NCBI GenBank assembly: GCA_013265495.1
Contig: MU057521.1
Location: 496,001-560,000, forward strand
Length of the DNA stretch: 64,000 nucleotides
Reading direction: 5' to 3'
Origin: Vicugna vicugna
Lineage: Eukaryota
Shown here piece by piece: positions 1-14,040 of this stretch. The first letter of the stretch is position 1. Every line of letters begins with the position of its first letter. The notes under the pieces were generated by a model that was not told where the DNA came from, did no database searches, and saw nothing but the letters and a program-made list of their open reading frames with translations. Made by a program: the position numbers and the translations under genes.

Positions 1-480
1 AGATAACATTTGAGGTGATTCCAGAATGAGGATTTCAACCTACAGATAAAGGGATACCTGCTGCTGCTGAGAGAGGCAAGCATATGGCAAGCGCACAGAA
101 GCATAAAACAGCATGAGATGCTGGGGGAACTATCAGCACAACAGCCTCATTTTCCAGTAAGTTATAGTGATGAAAATTGGTACATGAGGTGCAAAAGGTA
201 GGCATCACAGAACAGCCTTGGGTACAATGGTAGGGAATGTGCATTTGATATTATGGGGATTTCATACTTAAAATGAAATTTATAACAGTAAAATGATTGA
301 AAAGGTATGCTTTATAAAAATCACTCTAGTGATTTCAGTATGGAAGGTAGAAATAGGTTCGTAGAGACTAGAGGCAGGGCCTGAACTAAGGAGTGGGAAT
401 GGGAAGTAATTCTGAATTGCAGAAAGGACGCTGTTAGAAGGATTGTCACAGTTCCTGTGCAACTGGTGCAACTAATTCTC
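1..480 (+). mobile_element. L2 LINE fragment (degenerate)
   Basis: Purine-rich L2-like phrases (gagactagaggcaggg, gggaatgggaag); very diverged, recognised from memory. Confidence 0.45.
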
Positions 481-589
481 CCCCAGAACACTTCACCACT
501 GAGTGCCGCAAGAAAGAGCAGTCCCCGTACCACTGACCAAAGACTCAGAATGTGAACTGGATGACGACTCACACTGCGCTAAACTCCAT

Positions 590-1490
590 CACAGGCCTTC
601 CCACCACTCGTCTACCAGCCTTTCTTACTGTATGACTTCACCTATGATTTCTCTCCTATACTGATGGGAGAACTGCCCCCAACTTCTCAAAAGAGAAGAT
701 CCCTCAACTTGTCCTCTAGGTCCTACCAGCCCTCCCAACCCATGAACTTTCCTTCCACAAGTTATGTCTTTCACAGCTTCACCCTCAGTCTTTTCCCATC
801 TGTAGGGTAATGGTTTTTATCCTACAAACATGCTATACAATTTCCTTTCTTTAAATAAAACAATTTATAATTTTCCCTAAATTCCCCTCCAGGTATGCCA
901 ATGCTCTAATTTTCTTCCCCCAAAGTCTTCTTTTGAAAAGGTGGTTACACTGTTGTCTCTAAGTCATCTCACATGTACTTCTTAAAAAATATGAAATAGG
1001 TCAATACATAAGAAAGGATCTTTTATCATCACTCCTCAGCTCTTCAAGCCCTGGATCTCACCCCTCCTAACTGCTTAAGTGGGTCATATACTCTAAAGCC
1101 TTCATGTTTTTGTTTTGATACACCAGCACAGAATGTCTTTTTCAGCTTTCTCTTCCTATGAAATCACCACTGATCACTCAAACCAACTATTCCACAAAGT
1201 CTTTCTCAGTGTCTCCAGTCAGATTAATCATTTTTCTCTTCATTTCCTGCTTTTACTTTTGTTTTTATGTCCTTATCTATTCTGCTTGAAATTACAGTTT
1301 ATAATTCAAGGCTCAAGGTCATGCTTCATAATTTGTAATTCAAGGTCATATGTTTGACATTCAAAATAAATTATAAGCTTTGCATAAAGAGAACACTCAT
1401 CTTATCTTCATTTCCCCCACGGTAAAACCTAGCACTATGTCCAGCTTATAACAAATGCTTGTTTACTTCAATGGTTGGTTAATTAATTAA
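590..1490 (-). mobile_element. L2 LINE fragments (degenerate)
   Basis: Pyrimidine-rich L2 antisense-like sequence ending in cctagcactatgtcc...acaaatgcttgttt. Confidence 0.45.
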
Positions 1491-1919
1491 AAGTGAATCA
1501 AAAGAAGGATAAACATACATAAATTATGAAAAAAATGTTTTTGCTCAGACTCTTGGATTTAACAACATTACATTTTCTAATATTAAAACTGTTTTCTTTA
1601 AAATGATTCTACATATTCAATACTGTCAAAACACTTGATCAAAATTGATCAAGCTCTTATTATCCAGTGTACTATTGGCTAAAACTGAGCATAAAAAGAA
1701 AGGCTGGCTATGAAATTCTCTTTTATGGGGAAAAAGAGAGAGAAAGACAGATTGACTTACAAATTACCAACTAACTTCCCATCTCCAAATTGTAAGTTTG
1801 TAGTTTTAAGTCCAATAAGCCACTGATGTAAAATTAATCCAGTCAATTCATTTACATCTAGTACATTTAAACATGACATTTATTTCTCAAGATTGACTTT
1901 GCTTTACAGGTATAAATGC

Positions 1920-2414
1920 TACATAAGATAATTGTGAGTATCTAACAAACCACTACAGAGCCCAGTAGCTTAAACAAGTCATAATTTATTTAGCATGTAA
2001 TTCTGTGGGTTAGCAATTAGAGCTGGGCTCAGTGGGGTGGTTCTGGTTTATCCTGGGCTTACTCTTGTGCCTACAATCAGCAACCAGGTCAACAGAAAGC
2101 TAACTGGTCCATGATCACCTCAACTGGATGATCCTATGTCATCTCGCAGCTCCAGCATGCTAGCCTGGGTTTATTCACAGGGAAGCTGGGTAAGGAATGA
2201 AGAGAGAAACTGAAGCTTGCAAAGTCTCCTGAGGCCCAGGGGCAGAGCTGACACATCATTCTCTGCTACATTCTACTGATCAAAGGAAGTCACTAAACCA
2301 GCTCAGGTCAAGGCAAGAGGGAGTAAGTGGACTCTGCCTCTAACAGGAGGCACTACAAATATGTGAACAGAGGGAGGAGTAAAGGCTTATGGCCCTTTTT
2401 ATTCAATCTACCGC
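1920..2414 (-). mobile_element. MLT1-family (ERVL-MaLR) solo LTR
   Basis: aacaaaccac...gcttaaacaa...ttctgtgggttagcaattagagctgggctcagtggggtggttctgg...caatctaccgca, typical of the antisense strand of MLT1. Confidence 0.7.
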
Positions 2415-3354
2415 AAGGAGTGAACATCCCATAAGTATATATTGAATATTTCATATGAGATTGTCCCTAACTTCAAGAAATTATAGCCTAGTGTGGGAGA
2501 CAGACAATTACAGGGTAATAATGAGATAAGTGGTCTGGGCTGTTTCTCTGCTTAGAACACTCTTTTTCCTTCTATTCTCAAAGGACTCCTTTACAGTCTC
2601 AAATAAACATCACTTCCTCTGGAAATCCATGACAGGAAACAATTTTGTCCTACCAGTCCAAGTGGGCTATGTGGCTATTTCCCATGTGACAAACTTTTTT
2701 CATCAGTGTTCATACTGAATTGTCACTGAGGGGGCATGGCACACTGAAAGACAGGCCGTTCTACTGCTAGAATTAATTTTTAAAAGTGATAGAAAATAAA
2801 AATATCAACTCTTCTTCATTCTTTATGTCACACATTATATCATGAGAATTTCTGAATTTGTGTCACTTGTTAATATCTCCGTTAGAGAACAGATGCAAGG
2901 CACAGAGGTTTTAAACAGCAGGGGTGGTTACTGCATCAGATTTGTACATTAGAAAAGTCACTTGTCCTGAATTGTGTACAGAGATGCATTTAGAAGAAAA
3001 TAATATACAATCTCAGTGAGAAATTATGGGGATGTTTGAAGACAGGAAGAAACTGCAAATTTTGAGAGCTGTGTGTGATGCTGAATCCACACAACGTGAT
3101 TGGTTGATTGGAGGTTGGGCATCACTAAGTGAAAAACAGCAATGATGATGTCCCGACTTCTAGTTCAGGACATTGGGACCAGCTGGGCCTCTGAACGAGT
3201 GGGAATTTTTAAAGATGTGTAACTTGAGAGAATATAATGGACTCTTTCAGAAAGGGTTAATTTTCGGATTTGAGCACTGGAAATGGGTTAAGGAATTTAT
3301 GGACAAAATGTGTCTTATCATGGTCATCACTGAGATCCTTTATTGGTGATGAAC

Positions 3355-3510
3355 AGTGGTCTTAAATCCTCTAGGATAAGAGCTCTTTAGAGAATCTGAT
3401 GAAAATTATAGACTTGGTCACCAAAAACAAGTATCGTGAACCATATAACTTAATCATTTCACCAGCCCCCTCTACCCTGGACCAATAAGCCCTATGTCAA
3501 AATTCCCTAT
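3355..3510. mobile_element. hAT-Charlie non-autonomous element (MER103/MER102-like) remnant
   Basis: cagtggtcttaaa terminus and gagaatctgatgaaaattatagac internal motif. Confidence 0.4.
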
Positions 3511-6500
3511 TTAGGAAACAAAAGTGTTAATATCAATCCAAGCTGGATCCCCTCCAGAGAAGAGAACACAAGTGGGTGAAGTATGAGGGCATTAACCCAT
3601 TCAGCCTGGTGGTTTTATCAGCTAACGATATAATTTTAAAACTTTAAAATTATCTGATTCTATGCTTAAGCTTTTCATTTACTTCATTTTTGTCAATACC
3701 TTATTTATAAAGAGATTTTTGACTCAAAGATGCTTGTTTAAATGAGATTTGTCCAAATACATCAGTGTAAGTGTGCATCTGATTCCATTTTCATGCTTAA
3801 TTACCACCAGGCTCCCCTCCTCCCTGAGGAAAGCATTTGCAGGAGCCTCTGGAATGTCCATGCAATGAAGGGTTAGACAGGAGAGAAGGTGCAGCAAACA
3901 GGCTAATTAATTCTCTTGAATAAGAATGCTAAGGTTAAAGTCACTAGGATTTAACTGTACAAAAATTCAACACCTTATTTAACATATTAAATCCCTTCAA
4001 TTAATTGTTGTATACATAAAATATTTTCACATTCATGATTTGGATCCCAACCAAAGCACAGCATTATAATAATTTTAAGTTGTACACCAAGAGCAAAACA
4101 GCCTTGAAAGAATAATAAAATTAATGAAATGCAGACTCACTCTCCAGCAAACAATCGTTTTCCATACAAAGTGAGCAGTACCTGAGTATGTTCAAGCAGA
4201 ATTCACATGAAGCAGATACTGATAATCAGGTCATTAAGCAGGTAACCTGGACAGTCAGAATGTAGCTGCTATAGCGCCAAAGACATTGAGGGGCAGCTCA
4301 CTTCAGTGTCTTCTAAAACAGCTCACAGATGGCAGCTTTAATGACTGACTCAATGTGTTGGAAGAAGAGCCTCCAGTTTTTAAATTATTGCTTTATTCAA
4401 CATTTTTACAATGCTTTCCCTTTTCTGTATGTAAACTACCACGATGACATATCACAGTGATTTAGTCAGGAAGAAAGAATGTTCAAATCCCTCTCTCATG
4501 AATTTCTATGTAAGAAATAATGAAAATACAGTCATTTTTGTTTGCAGAGATTTAATGTTCTGTTGCATGATCTATAAGAGAGTTACTATATTTAGATTCT
4601 TTTTTTCTTTTACAAAAGAAATCGCTCATCTATAATTACAGTTATAGAGTAAAGGATTTTCTTACTAAATTATCTTTTTCGACAGAATTGATTTCTTCAT
4701 TGACTCTAAAAGTGAAAACTAGTAAGTAGAATCTGGCATAAAAGGAGTATTTGGCCATATGCTTTTATCATTTGCTATAATCTGAACTCAACTGGAATAC
4801 TAATTGCTTTTAGCTTCCCATGCAGATGTAAGGGCACATTTACCAATGGAAAAGTCAGTGACTATTTCAAACAGGAATAGAAATTCACTGCAGGAGCCAC
4901 ATGGATGCTAAACTAAAGAAATTATGCAAAGGAAAACCAAACAAGAGAGATGCTCTTGGCACAGTTAGCAACATTCTGGCTTGAAGAGAATTAGCATATA
5001 GCACAAGGAACAAGATACAGCACCAGTCCCGTCTGCTTTTGTCATATGGCTGGGAATGAAGGCAATGAATGACTATGGCTGGTACACTGGTTGGCTGGAA
5101 AACAACTCAGGGGTTCCAAATAACTCTGTTCATTCCTGGACACAGAAGGAATGCCAAGACTTCTAACAAATACGCATCTTTGTCCATAAGAAAGGCTGGT
5201 TTGGAGACTAGATGTTTATCTCTATGATCACTATGAAAAAAATAAACGGTATTACTTGTGCGATATGGAAATTGGAGGCTTATTGTCATGTCCAAGGGAT
5301 ATATTCTACCTAGTTTAAACCGTTCCTCTCCTCATCTGAAATGAGTTTGGGATGCTAGTCTATCTGGCACCATCCAATATTTCCCAAGATTGGTGATGAT
5401 AAGCCTATTTGTAATTATGTGAATCCTTTCCTGCATTTTGACAGGCAAGCTTTGAGTTATTTGAGGTGATGAGGGTAATGATTTACCAGTGACATTTTAC
5501 TGTCTGTTAAAGAAAAAAAAATGGCACCATTCTTACATGATGCAGACACGAAAAAGGTGCAGCCTGTTGAAGATTGTGACAGAAGAGGTCTCATGATAAA
5601 TTAAAAAGCAGGCCATGATGCATTGTATTTTGACTGTATACATATTAGTATTGTCATAACTATGGTATTTCTTTGTCTTTGAACTGTAATAGGTTCTCAT
5701 GTAATTTTAAAGAACTTCAACCTGTAACATCATATGGTTTTCTCAAAATGACAATTATTGGCAAATATTAAAAAGTTCATTTGGTGTTTTAACACAAAAC
5801 TATAACACACGGATTTTGGTTTAAAACCTGTTCTCCCAGAAAAACTAAAGCCATCTTGGAGCAGATATGCCCCTGCTTCAATACAAAAAAGATTTTTCTT
5901 TAGAAAAAGTTAAAAACCATAGTAATTTCAGGGGAGGGGCAAGTTAGACGAGAGAAAAATGAGAGGAAATACGTTTTATGGAACCAAATAACAAAACATG
6001 TTTTATGTCTGTTGGGTTATATTGAGGGAAATTCTGTGTCCACCAATAACTGATTTAAATGGTGACTCTGAAAACAGGCAAGAACATAACTTTGATTCCT
6101 ACTGGACTGCAAGCATGAATAAATATTAATAAACGGCAGTCTCAGGTCGAATCGGCACTCAGAATTCACTCCCTCTAAAGGGAGGCTCCTTATCAAGGTT
6201 AATACTGGGGCCAAATGAATATTTTAAAAGCAATGCAAACCCATACGCCTCTCAAAAACATGCCTCTTCCTGGAAGGGACTAGCATCCCTTCTAGTACTA
6301 AAATCCAGTCATCCCCAATAGCCACGGTCCCTTATGGTACCAGATAATTCAAAGTTAGTACAAATAATATTTGCCTCCCAGAAGCTTAGAAACCACTGTG
6401 CCTACTTAAACTCCACTATACCATTGAAGCAATGTCTGGGTACAACACGGAGCAAGAAAATTAAACCTTCATTAAAAATTCATGAAGTATAATTTTACCT

Positions 6501-9439
6501 TTATCCTCCCTTCAATTAGTTCCTTTTATAATCTAGGCTCTCAGAATACAAAAGGTCACAGATGAAGTTTCTCGTGTCTCCACGTCCATGTCCTTTGATA
6601 GTCCAAGACTTCCAATATTGTGAAAATATTAATATTATGCTTCAAAGGGTCCATGTTTTCTAAACTTACATATTAGTGAAGTTAGAGTCATATGGGAAAG
6701 ATGTAGAAAAAATAGAAGTTACTTTCTAAAACTAAATTGCTGAGGCCATAAATGAAGGAATCAGCTAGCATATTTTGCAGCAGTATAGGCATGCTAGGCT
6801 ATTTTACCTTAAACAGAAAATATCAGATGATTAGCAAAGTACGTACAGGTGCCAAGTTTGTGCCTTTCCGTATTCATACCAATTCATTTTAAATATTAAA
6901 TCTCCTTTAACACGACTTTATTAATATTCCTTTATATTTGGTGTGAATCTAGGCCTTGTGAGGAAGGAAAAGGAGGAAATAAGGAGGGAAAAGACAGAAA
7001 GGGATCTTTCAGTGGCATATCTCCAAGTACTAAAAGCTCTCACTTCTTTCAGAGGACTGTAGACCAAACAAAGGAGATTATAGGAGACAATCGGTCCATC
7101 CAGACGCCTAGTCCTTCCACTGGGAACCTCAAAAACTAACCCTAAAGAAATGGTACACCCTACCATTTCCATAGGGTTAAAGAAGTAGTTATAGAGTTAG
7201 AAAATAAACTCTAAAGAAATAGTAGGGGAAAAAAAGGGGGGCCTAGCATGGATCCCCGTGCATTCCAGTCCTGACTTTCTCACTTATTGATTTTCTAGGA
7301 TGAAAAAGGCATAGATTTGGAGTCATGCAACTCTGTCCTAGAGACCATCCAAATGTTTTGGAACAGAAAAATCACCACATTTGAAAAGTGGCTACATTAT
7401 CATAACTTAAAATAATTTAGAAAACAGTTATTGTACAAAATCACTTACGTCCCAATATTTTAATACATCTATCTCCGTTCATGAACCAAATTTGGCAAAC
7501 AGTATTATAATTTTATTTGACTGTGGAGCTTGCCAATTAAAAACTGCCCATTTATGTCCCCAGATGTTGCACTTCTCAGTTCACAGTAAGCCCACATTCT
7601 GCTTTTGCTTTGAGGTTTGCCAATATGAAACTGTAAGGGTTCTTTTGGGAATCCTGCTGCCTCCATATGCCCTGAAGCTTAAGCAAGCCAACTCCTAAGC
7701 TCAGTAAATGAGCAGACAGTAACGTTTCACTGGCAGAAGCAACAGTCAGGTTTCAGATACAAGAAAATGGTCCTGAATCTTCCCTTCACCTAGAAAAAAA
7801 ATCTGCACGCAGGAAAGGATCCACAGAGAATATTCTATGGCTCAACTTGAACACCTCTAACTAAATTAAAACAAAACCTGGATCCTCTATCTCCCCGCTC
7901 CAAATTGATTACTGTGATTTGTACCACCATCCATCAGATTACAGGAGTATGCAATATGCAATACTGTATGTACTGAGGACATGAGAAATTAAGATCAGAA
8001 TCCATAGTTCCATTAAACTTCTCAGTCAACTTTTGATTTAGTCTTTTGAACCACAGAGCACTTTTCATCATTTTGGGATTTTCAGCATTGCCCTCCAACC
8101 TCCTTTCAGAGTACCTCTAGAGCTTTCTTGACTGCTTCCTCTTCTTTTTTTTTTTTTAAACTCCAACAAAGTATTTTCTTTCCCTCTCAAGCAATAAAGT
8201 CATTTTTCCTTTTCCATTGAAAAGCTTTTTCTCAGTCTTTATAATCACAATGAGAGCACTTCCTTCAGTGCTTACTTTAATTCTATTTCTCCATCTTCTT
8301 ATCATGATACAATAGCTGCACTAACCTTTAGAATAAAAACAGTTCAGAACAGGCCTGTCTCTTTGATATGAGACTTTCTTTCAGGTCAATATGATCTAGA
8401 GGCCTTGAAATAAGCAGCATGAAAATCAGAACTTCTGTTTGATCCGATGCAAAGCTCCCTGCCCATTTAAGCTTTCTAATAATTGGTTTCAAATACCAAC
8501 TCTCATAAATAATATAAGCAGCCAGTTCTGTGGATTCCCAGAGTTGCTACGTTCTCTTACGGCTGAGTATCTAATTTAGGAATTTCATCCAACCAACGGC
8601 AGGCACAGTGGAGAAAACACTCCCATCAAATAGGAAGAACATTTTAGAGCCACTTGCCACAAATAAGGTGAAGGCACTACTGTGTTAATTTCCAAAAGGA
8701 GTCTTACTTCTCCTTCTTACCACCCAAATATATATACATATATATCATTTCAGACAGTTCTCCAATAGAGCAGTAAGGATTTGATGTCTTTTTCCAGTTG
8801 ATGGCTTCATGGATTAACTGCCTGTCCCAAATGTCTTGTTGAAAAGGTTAATATAACCTGCTCTATCATCATGTCCACACATGGGGTTTTTGTACCTGTT
8901 TCACTCCGTATCTGAGAAAGAAATCACACTATTTATTTCTGTAATTCAATAACTTCAAATATATAGGCTACTCTTTCTTCCTGCCAAGAGACAATTTTGG
9001 GCAATTGCTAAGATTTAGTCACACACACTGCATGAAACTAAATGTTACTGTATATCACAGCCAAGGGACAGTAAGAATCTACAAGTCTGTACCGTGGGAA
9101 TGTTACAGAAGTCAAGTCTAAAACTACTAACTCAAATGACTTGCATGGATCTTTTGTTAGGATTTGTGATTTACTTAAAATCATAAAAATGATACTGTAA
9201 AATCAGGAATACATTAAAGGAATTTTACTGCTGCAGTATAAGCACTGTTTCTTTAAGTAAACACATTTAAGATTCATCAAAAGATTTTCATTTTATTTCA
9301 TTTATTGCCCCAGGAAGTTAGACAGAAATTAATAATTTAGATAGAAATTAGTAATAACAGGAGATATATAAAATACATATTTTTTAAATTTTAAATAAAA
9401 ATTGTATTTATTTAGGGTGTACAATGTGATCATTAGAAA

Positions 9440-11340
9440 AGTGAATTTTTCAAAGTAATCCGTGTATTTAATTTACATTGTAGTAAAAGTCTTATAATGA
9501 AAAATAGCAAATCCTGTCTCATTCCACCCCACCACCATTTCCCACTCCCTCAGGGCCAATAGCTTTTAATGCTTTTAGCTATTTCTTCCATTATTTATCT
9601 CCACATTTTAAAAATGTGCATTTGCTTCTATTTTTTAACTTCTCAATTTTAGGTATTATCTGTAAACTTCCTTTTATCTCTCATATACCACCATCATCCC
9701 ACGTACCCATCTACCTCTACACGTTTAATACATATATGTGTGTGTTAATATATTAAATAAAATGCCATATTATATATCAGTATTTAATATATTAACATAT
9801 ATTAAATAAAGGGTAGTATTTACATTATCATGTCGAAAAGCACTATACAAAGCCATGTATGATTTCTATCTCTATCTCTGTCTGTATCTATATCTATTCC
9901 TCTGTGTATATATAATCTTATCCATCAGTTTGCTTTTTTTACCTCCTGCAGTTTTCCTTCCAGAGCCCCTCAAATACCTGCTTCAGTTTGGACTGGTTGC
10001 TCTTTGACCCTGCTACATACACTGCAGTGGTCCTAGGATTTCCCTTTACTGACATCCTTGGATGCGCCTTCACGGCTCTCTCCTGTGTCGGGTCCCCTTT
10101 TCGTTAATCCTATGACTTTCACTTTCCTGGGTCATTCCTTATTCTGCTCAAGTGTAATCCTCAGGAATTTTTAAAGAAAATAAGTGTTAAAGTTACGGGT
10201 TTTAAGTTTTTCATGCTTGAAAACATCTTTGAATCATCCTTGATGGAAAACTAAAATTCATGTTCACTATGAATACTATAACAAATGTTCCATTGTTTTT
10301 TGCTTTCAGTTTCAGTGTTAAGAGATCTTGTTTCATTCAGATCATTTGCAAGTGAACTATCTTTTCCCCTTCTGGAAGCTTAAAGATCTCTAAGGTACTA
10401 AAACTTCATGACAATGTTCGCTCCTTCCATTGTGCCACACTTGACATTTGGAGACTTATTTCCTCCAGCCTGGAAATTTTTTCTTGTATTATTTCTATCA
10501 TAACTCCCTTCACTTTGTTTTTATTGTTTTTTGTTTCTATTATCCAATAAGTAAGACTTACTAACTTCTATTCTGGTTTCAGTCTCGTCTGTCCTTTCAC
10601 ATGACTCTTTGAAATATTTCTTTGCCTTTATCATCTAACTCTTCAGTTATTTTTTTAAATTTTAACTGTTCTCTTTTTTTTTAATTTCCAAGAGCTCTTT
10701 TTGACAGTTAAATATCTATTTTATACCATCTTCATGTTATTAGCTATATTAGTATGTTTCATTTATACAACTTAGAATATTCTTAAAGACCTCTTTACCT
10801 GTTCTCTTACTCTGCTTCTTACAGATTCATGATTTTTCTTTTTTAGGGAGAAAGCTTTCCTCAAAAGTCTTGTGATTATTTATCATTCATTAATTTTTAA
10901 CCTGGAGCACTAATGAGTTAAGTAGACACTGAAGGAGTCAGAGAAAGGGACTTCACTGCAGTGACTGTAAAGTTGTTTTTTCCTCAAAGTATCTAGGGGC
11001 TTATTCTCAGGGGTCTGTCTGTTCTCTGAGGATAAAACCTCCACTGTTCTGCCTGATGATGATCTATGTTTAGCTATAAGAATCCTGCAAGCAAACACAC
11101 AAAACCCCTACCATTTGCTAATTCTTAGGTTCCATGTTTCTGCAAAGGAAATCAGTTGGCTCCTCATTAACATCTCCCTCTAAAACCCACAGGCTTGCTT
11201 CCTCCGCTCGGCTAATCAGCTACTACTTCTCCATGTAATTTTCATGTTTAAAAAAAAAATTCAGATTCCATTTCTGTTGTTATCTTCCTTCTCATTCTAT
11301 TGGTCCTATTGCATTTGTAAAGATCCCTTTACCGTTGTTT
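9440..11340 (-). mobile_element. HAL1 / L1ME-type ancient L1-related element
   Basis: aaaagtcttataatgaaaaatagca 3'-end motif, ttggactggttgctct...ctgtgtcgggtcccc segment, then a T-rich ORF1-antisense-like tract. Confidence 0.6.
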
Positions 11341-11639
11341 AATTAAATAAGTGTGTATGCTCAATTGACCAGACACATTTATCCAGAAGCATTAGTATCA
11401 TTTTAACATGTTAAAATTTTTAATATATTTACAGTATTCAACAGTTTTAACAGAAATTTCAAGATCTCAGGTTAAAAGGGAGTAGAGAAAGAGAATGGAT
11501 TTTACCTTAGAAAAAAATTAATGTGATTTTAGGGACTGCTTTTTTTTCTGAGCCCCAGTGAAAAATTAAAATATAAGGAAAGTCCATTGAATTAAAAACA
11601 TTTTATTTTGCATCAGATAAAAACACAATAATCCTGAAT

Positions 11640-12835
11640 TATTTGTAGCACTCTCCCGAGTAAGATGACATGAATAACTCACACAAGATACAAATACAAG
11701 GATGAACAAAACAGTGTGGTTATGGCGGTAAAGCGGAAACAGAAAGTCTGATAATGCATCGTAATGTATTCCTAAGATGGAATACCATATAGCCAGTAAA
11801 ATATGATTAAGGTTAAAGTTTTTAAATGTTGCTCTTCAATGACAATGTTAAGAAAAGAAAAATGTAAGCTACTGAGTGGGAAAAAATACTTGCAAAACAT
11901 ACATATGAGGAAAGACACGCACACAAAATGTAACAGGAGCCATTACAATTTAATCAGAATATCAAAGGGGAGCAAAATGTTGTACCAAAATGTTGGAGGA
12001 GATCTACAAATGACAAATGAGCACAAGTAGAGGTGTCCAACTTCAGTAGTTACTAGGGAAATGCAAATCAAAGGCTCGGCAACATACCACTACATACCTA
12101 CCATGATGGACAAATGACAAAGACTAGTGACAAGGGTGTGAAGCAATTAGAACTCTCATAAATTGCTGGTGGGAGTGTAAAGTCTTATCAACGCCTTGGA
12201 AAACAGTTTGGCCGTTTCTTATAATGTTAAATATGTAATGGCTATAAAACAACGATCCCGCTCCTGTTTACCCAAAATATACAAAAGTACATGTCTACAA
12301 GAGGGCCTGTACCCAATATTCATAGAACCTTCATTCATAATAGCAAAAAAATATATATATATACATATATACATATATATATATATATGGAAACAACCCA
12401 AATGTCCTATAGCTGGTGAATAAAAAGCAAACTGAAATCTATTCACATGATAAAATACTACTCACCTATTAAAAGGACTAAAACTGATACATGCCACACC
12501 ATGAATGAATCTCAAAATCACTATGCAAAATAAGTGAGCCAGACACAAAAGACAACATCTTGTATGATTCCCTTGACATGAAATCTTTTCTTAAAAAAAG
12601 CAAAAGTATGACAACAGAAAGCAAGTCAGTGGCTGCAAAAGGCTAGGATGGGGAGAAAGCAGACTGCACAAGAGCACAGGGGAGTTTAGGGGGAGTAACG
12701 GGAATGTTTTATGTCATGACCGCAGTGTGGTTACATGTCTGTTAACTGTTTGTCAAAACTCACTAAATTGTGCACTTAAAGCTGGTAAATGTTATTGTGT
12801 GTAAAGTATTACTCAATAAAGATGATAAAAAAAAT
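11640..12835 (+). mobile_element. L1MC/L1MD-type LINE-1 3' end (end of ORF2 plus 3'UTR, decayed)
   Basis: gaaatgcaaatcaaa, attgctggtgggagtgtaaa, ttggaaaacagtttggc, aaacaacccaaatgtcc; ends ctcaataaagatgataaaaaaaa. Confidence 0.85.
12351..12388. repeat. (TA)n/(TACA) microsatellite inside L1
   Basis: atatatatatatacatatatacatatatatatatatat. Confidence 0.9.
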
Positions 12836-12914
12836 ATGACGTAGGTCTTACCATATATGGCCATGGAAAAGCATTCACAACATATTAAGAAAGTAAGTAG
12901 ATTTATCAATGGGC

Positions 12915-13330
12915 TGTTATGGTTGCCTTTGTCAGGCTATTTAATAGAGGAATTTCATTTGTGGGAACTAATATTAAGGTGTTGGAAGGATTGAAAGGAC
13001 AACTAGGAAAAGACGAAATCAGATAATAGCAACCTCGGGAACTCACTGCCACATCTAAGGCTGGAGATAGTGTTATCAGATCTTAGAAGCAGGACCATCC
13101 AAAAGGAGTCAGAATAAAAGCAGGGTTGCCCTGTGAGTACAGAGAATGGGGCTCTCTATAGGGACCCAAGACCACTGCCAGGGACACTGACCCTTTAACA
13201 GAGAAGACTGACAAGAAATAGCCTAAGTCCCTCCTTCCACCTGCCCACCAGAAGCCATTTGGCAAGGGAATCAAAGAGTTTTTAGGCATCAGCTACCTAT
13301 GACACACAGCAGAGCAGGGAAAGGATGGTT
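12915..13330 (-). mobile_element. ERVL/MaLR-type LTR remnant
   Basis: ggctatttaatagaggaattt...ctccttccacctgcccaccagaagccatttggcaaggga...cacagagcagggaaagg. Confidence 0.4.
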
Positions 13331-14040
13331 TAGATACACACAGAAAACACTCTGCAAAAACATGGTCACAACGATAGTTACCTCCAGTACAATTAAGGAT
13401 ATTTCTTAATTCCTTTCTTTCATTTTATCTTTTCTTTTCTTTTTTTTAGAATGTACACTTCTTTCACAATGAAATAACGAATAAAGTTACAAAAACTAAA
13501 TCAAATAAGTTTAGAGAAGTCTCTATATTTTGTTGGGATCGAAAGGATTGCAATAAAGAGTTGAAAGTTTTCCACAAATTTTATTTTCTCCTCTTGAAAA
13601 ATATAAGGAAGATGAAGCTTCTGGGTTCAACTTAGACTTGACTCTAGCCAGTGAAGGCATTACGTCTTCAGTCATCCCTAGTTAATTACATTACATGCAA
13701 TGTTGTTTTAAAATGTTCCAGCAGAGCTTGGCATGCTCTTCCTTTTCCCAACCAGCCAGCTGGAAAGACCACCATTCCAGAACAGAGCCAGAGAAAGCTG
13801 CAAGCATGAGCAATGGCATCACATGGATAATTCACCTCGAGGCCAGACGCGTTTCACAGTTTCACCAAAGATGCTGGGCAAAGACCATGCACTGGTGGCC
13901 AACCAGACTTCTTGAAATATATTTGGGTGATTTTTGCACAGATTTAGGAAATAACATCTGCCCAATTTCACGAGCAATGATCATTGTTCTGAGCATAAAA
14001 ATACACGATGAATGAAGTAATAGTATTATTTAAAAATCTC

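Noticed and set aside
13695..14015. ORF beginning MQCC, reminiscent of the CACNB2 beta-2a N-terminus
   Set aside because: Similarity ends after four residues and no matching splice donor follows.
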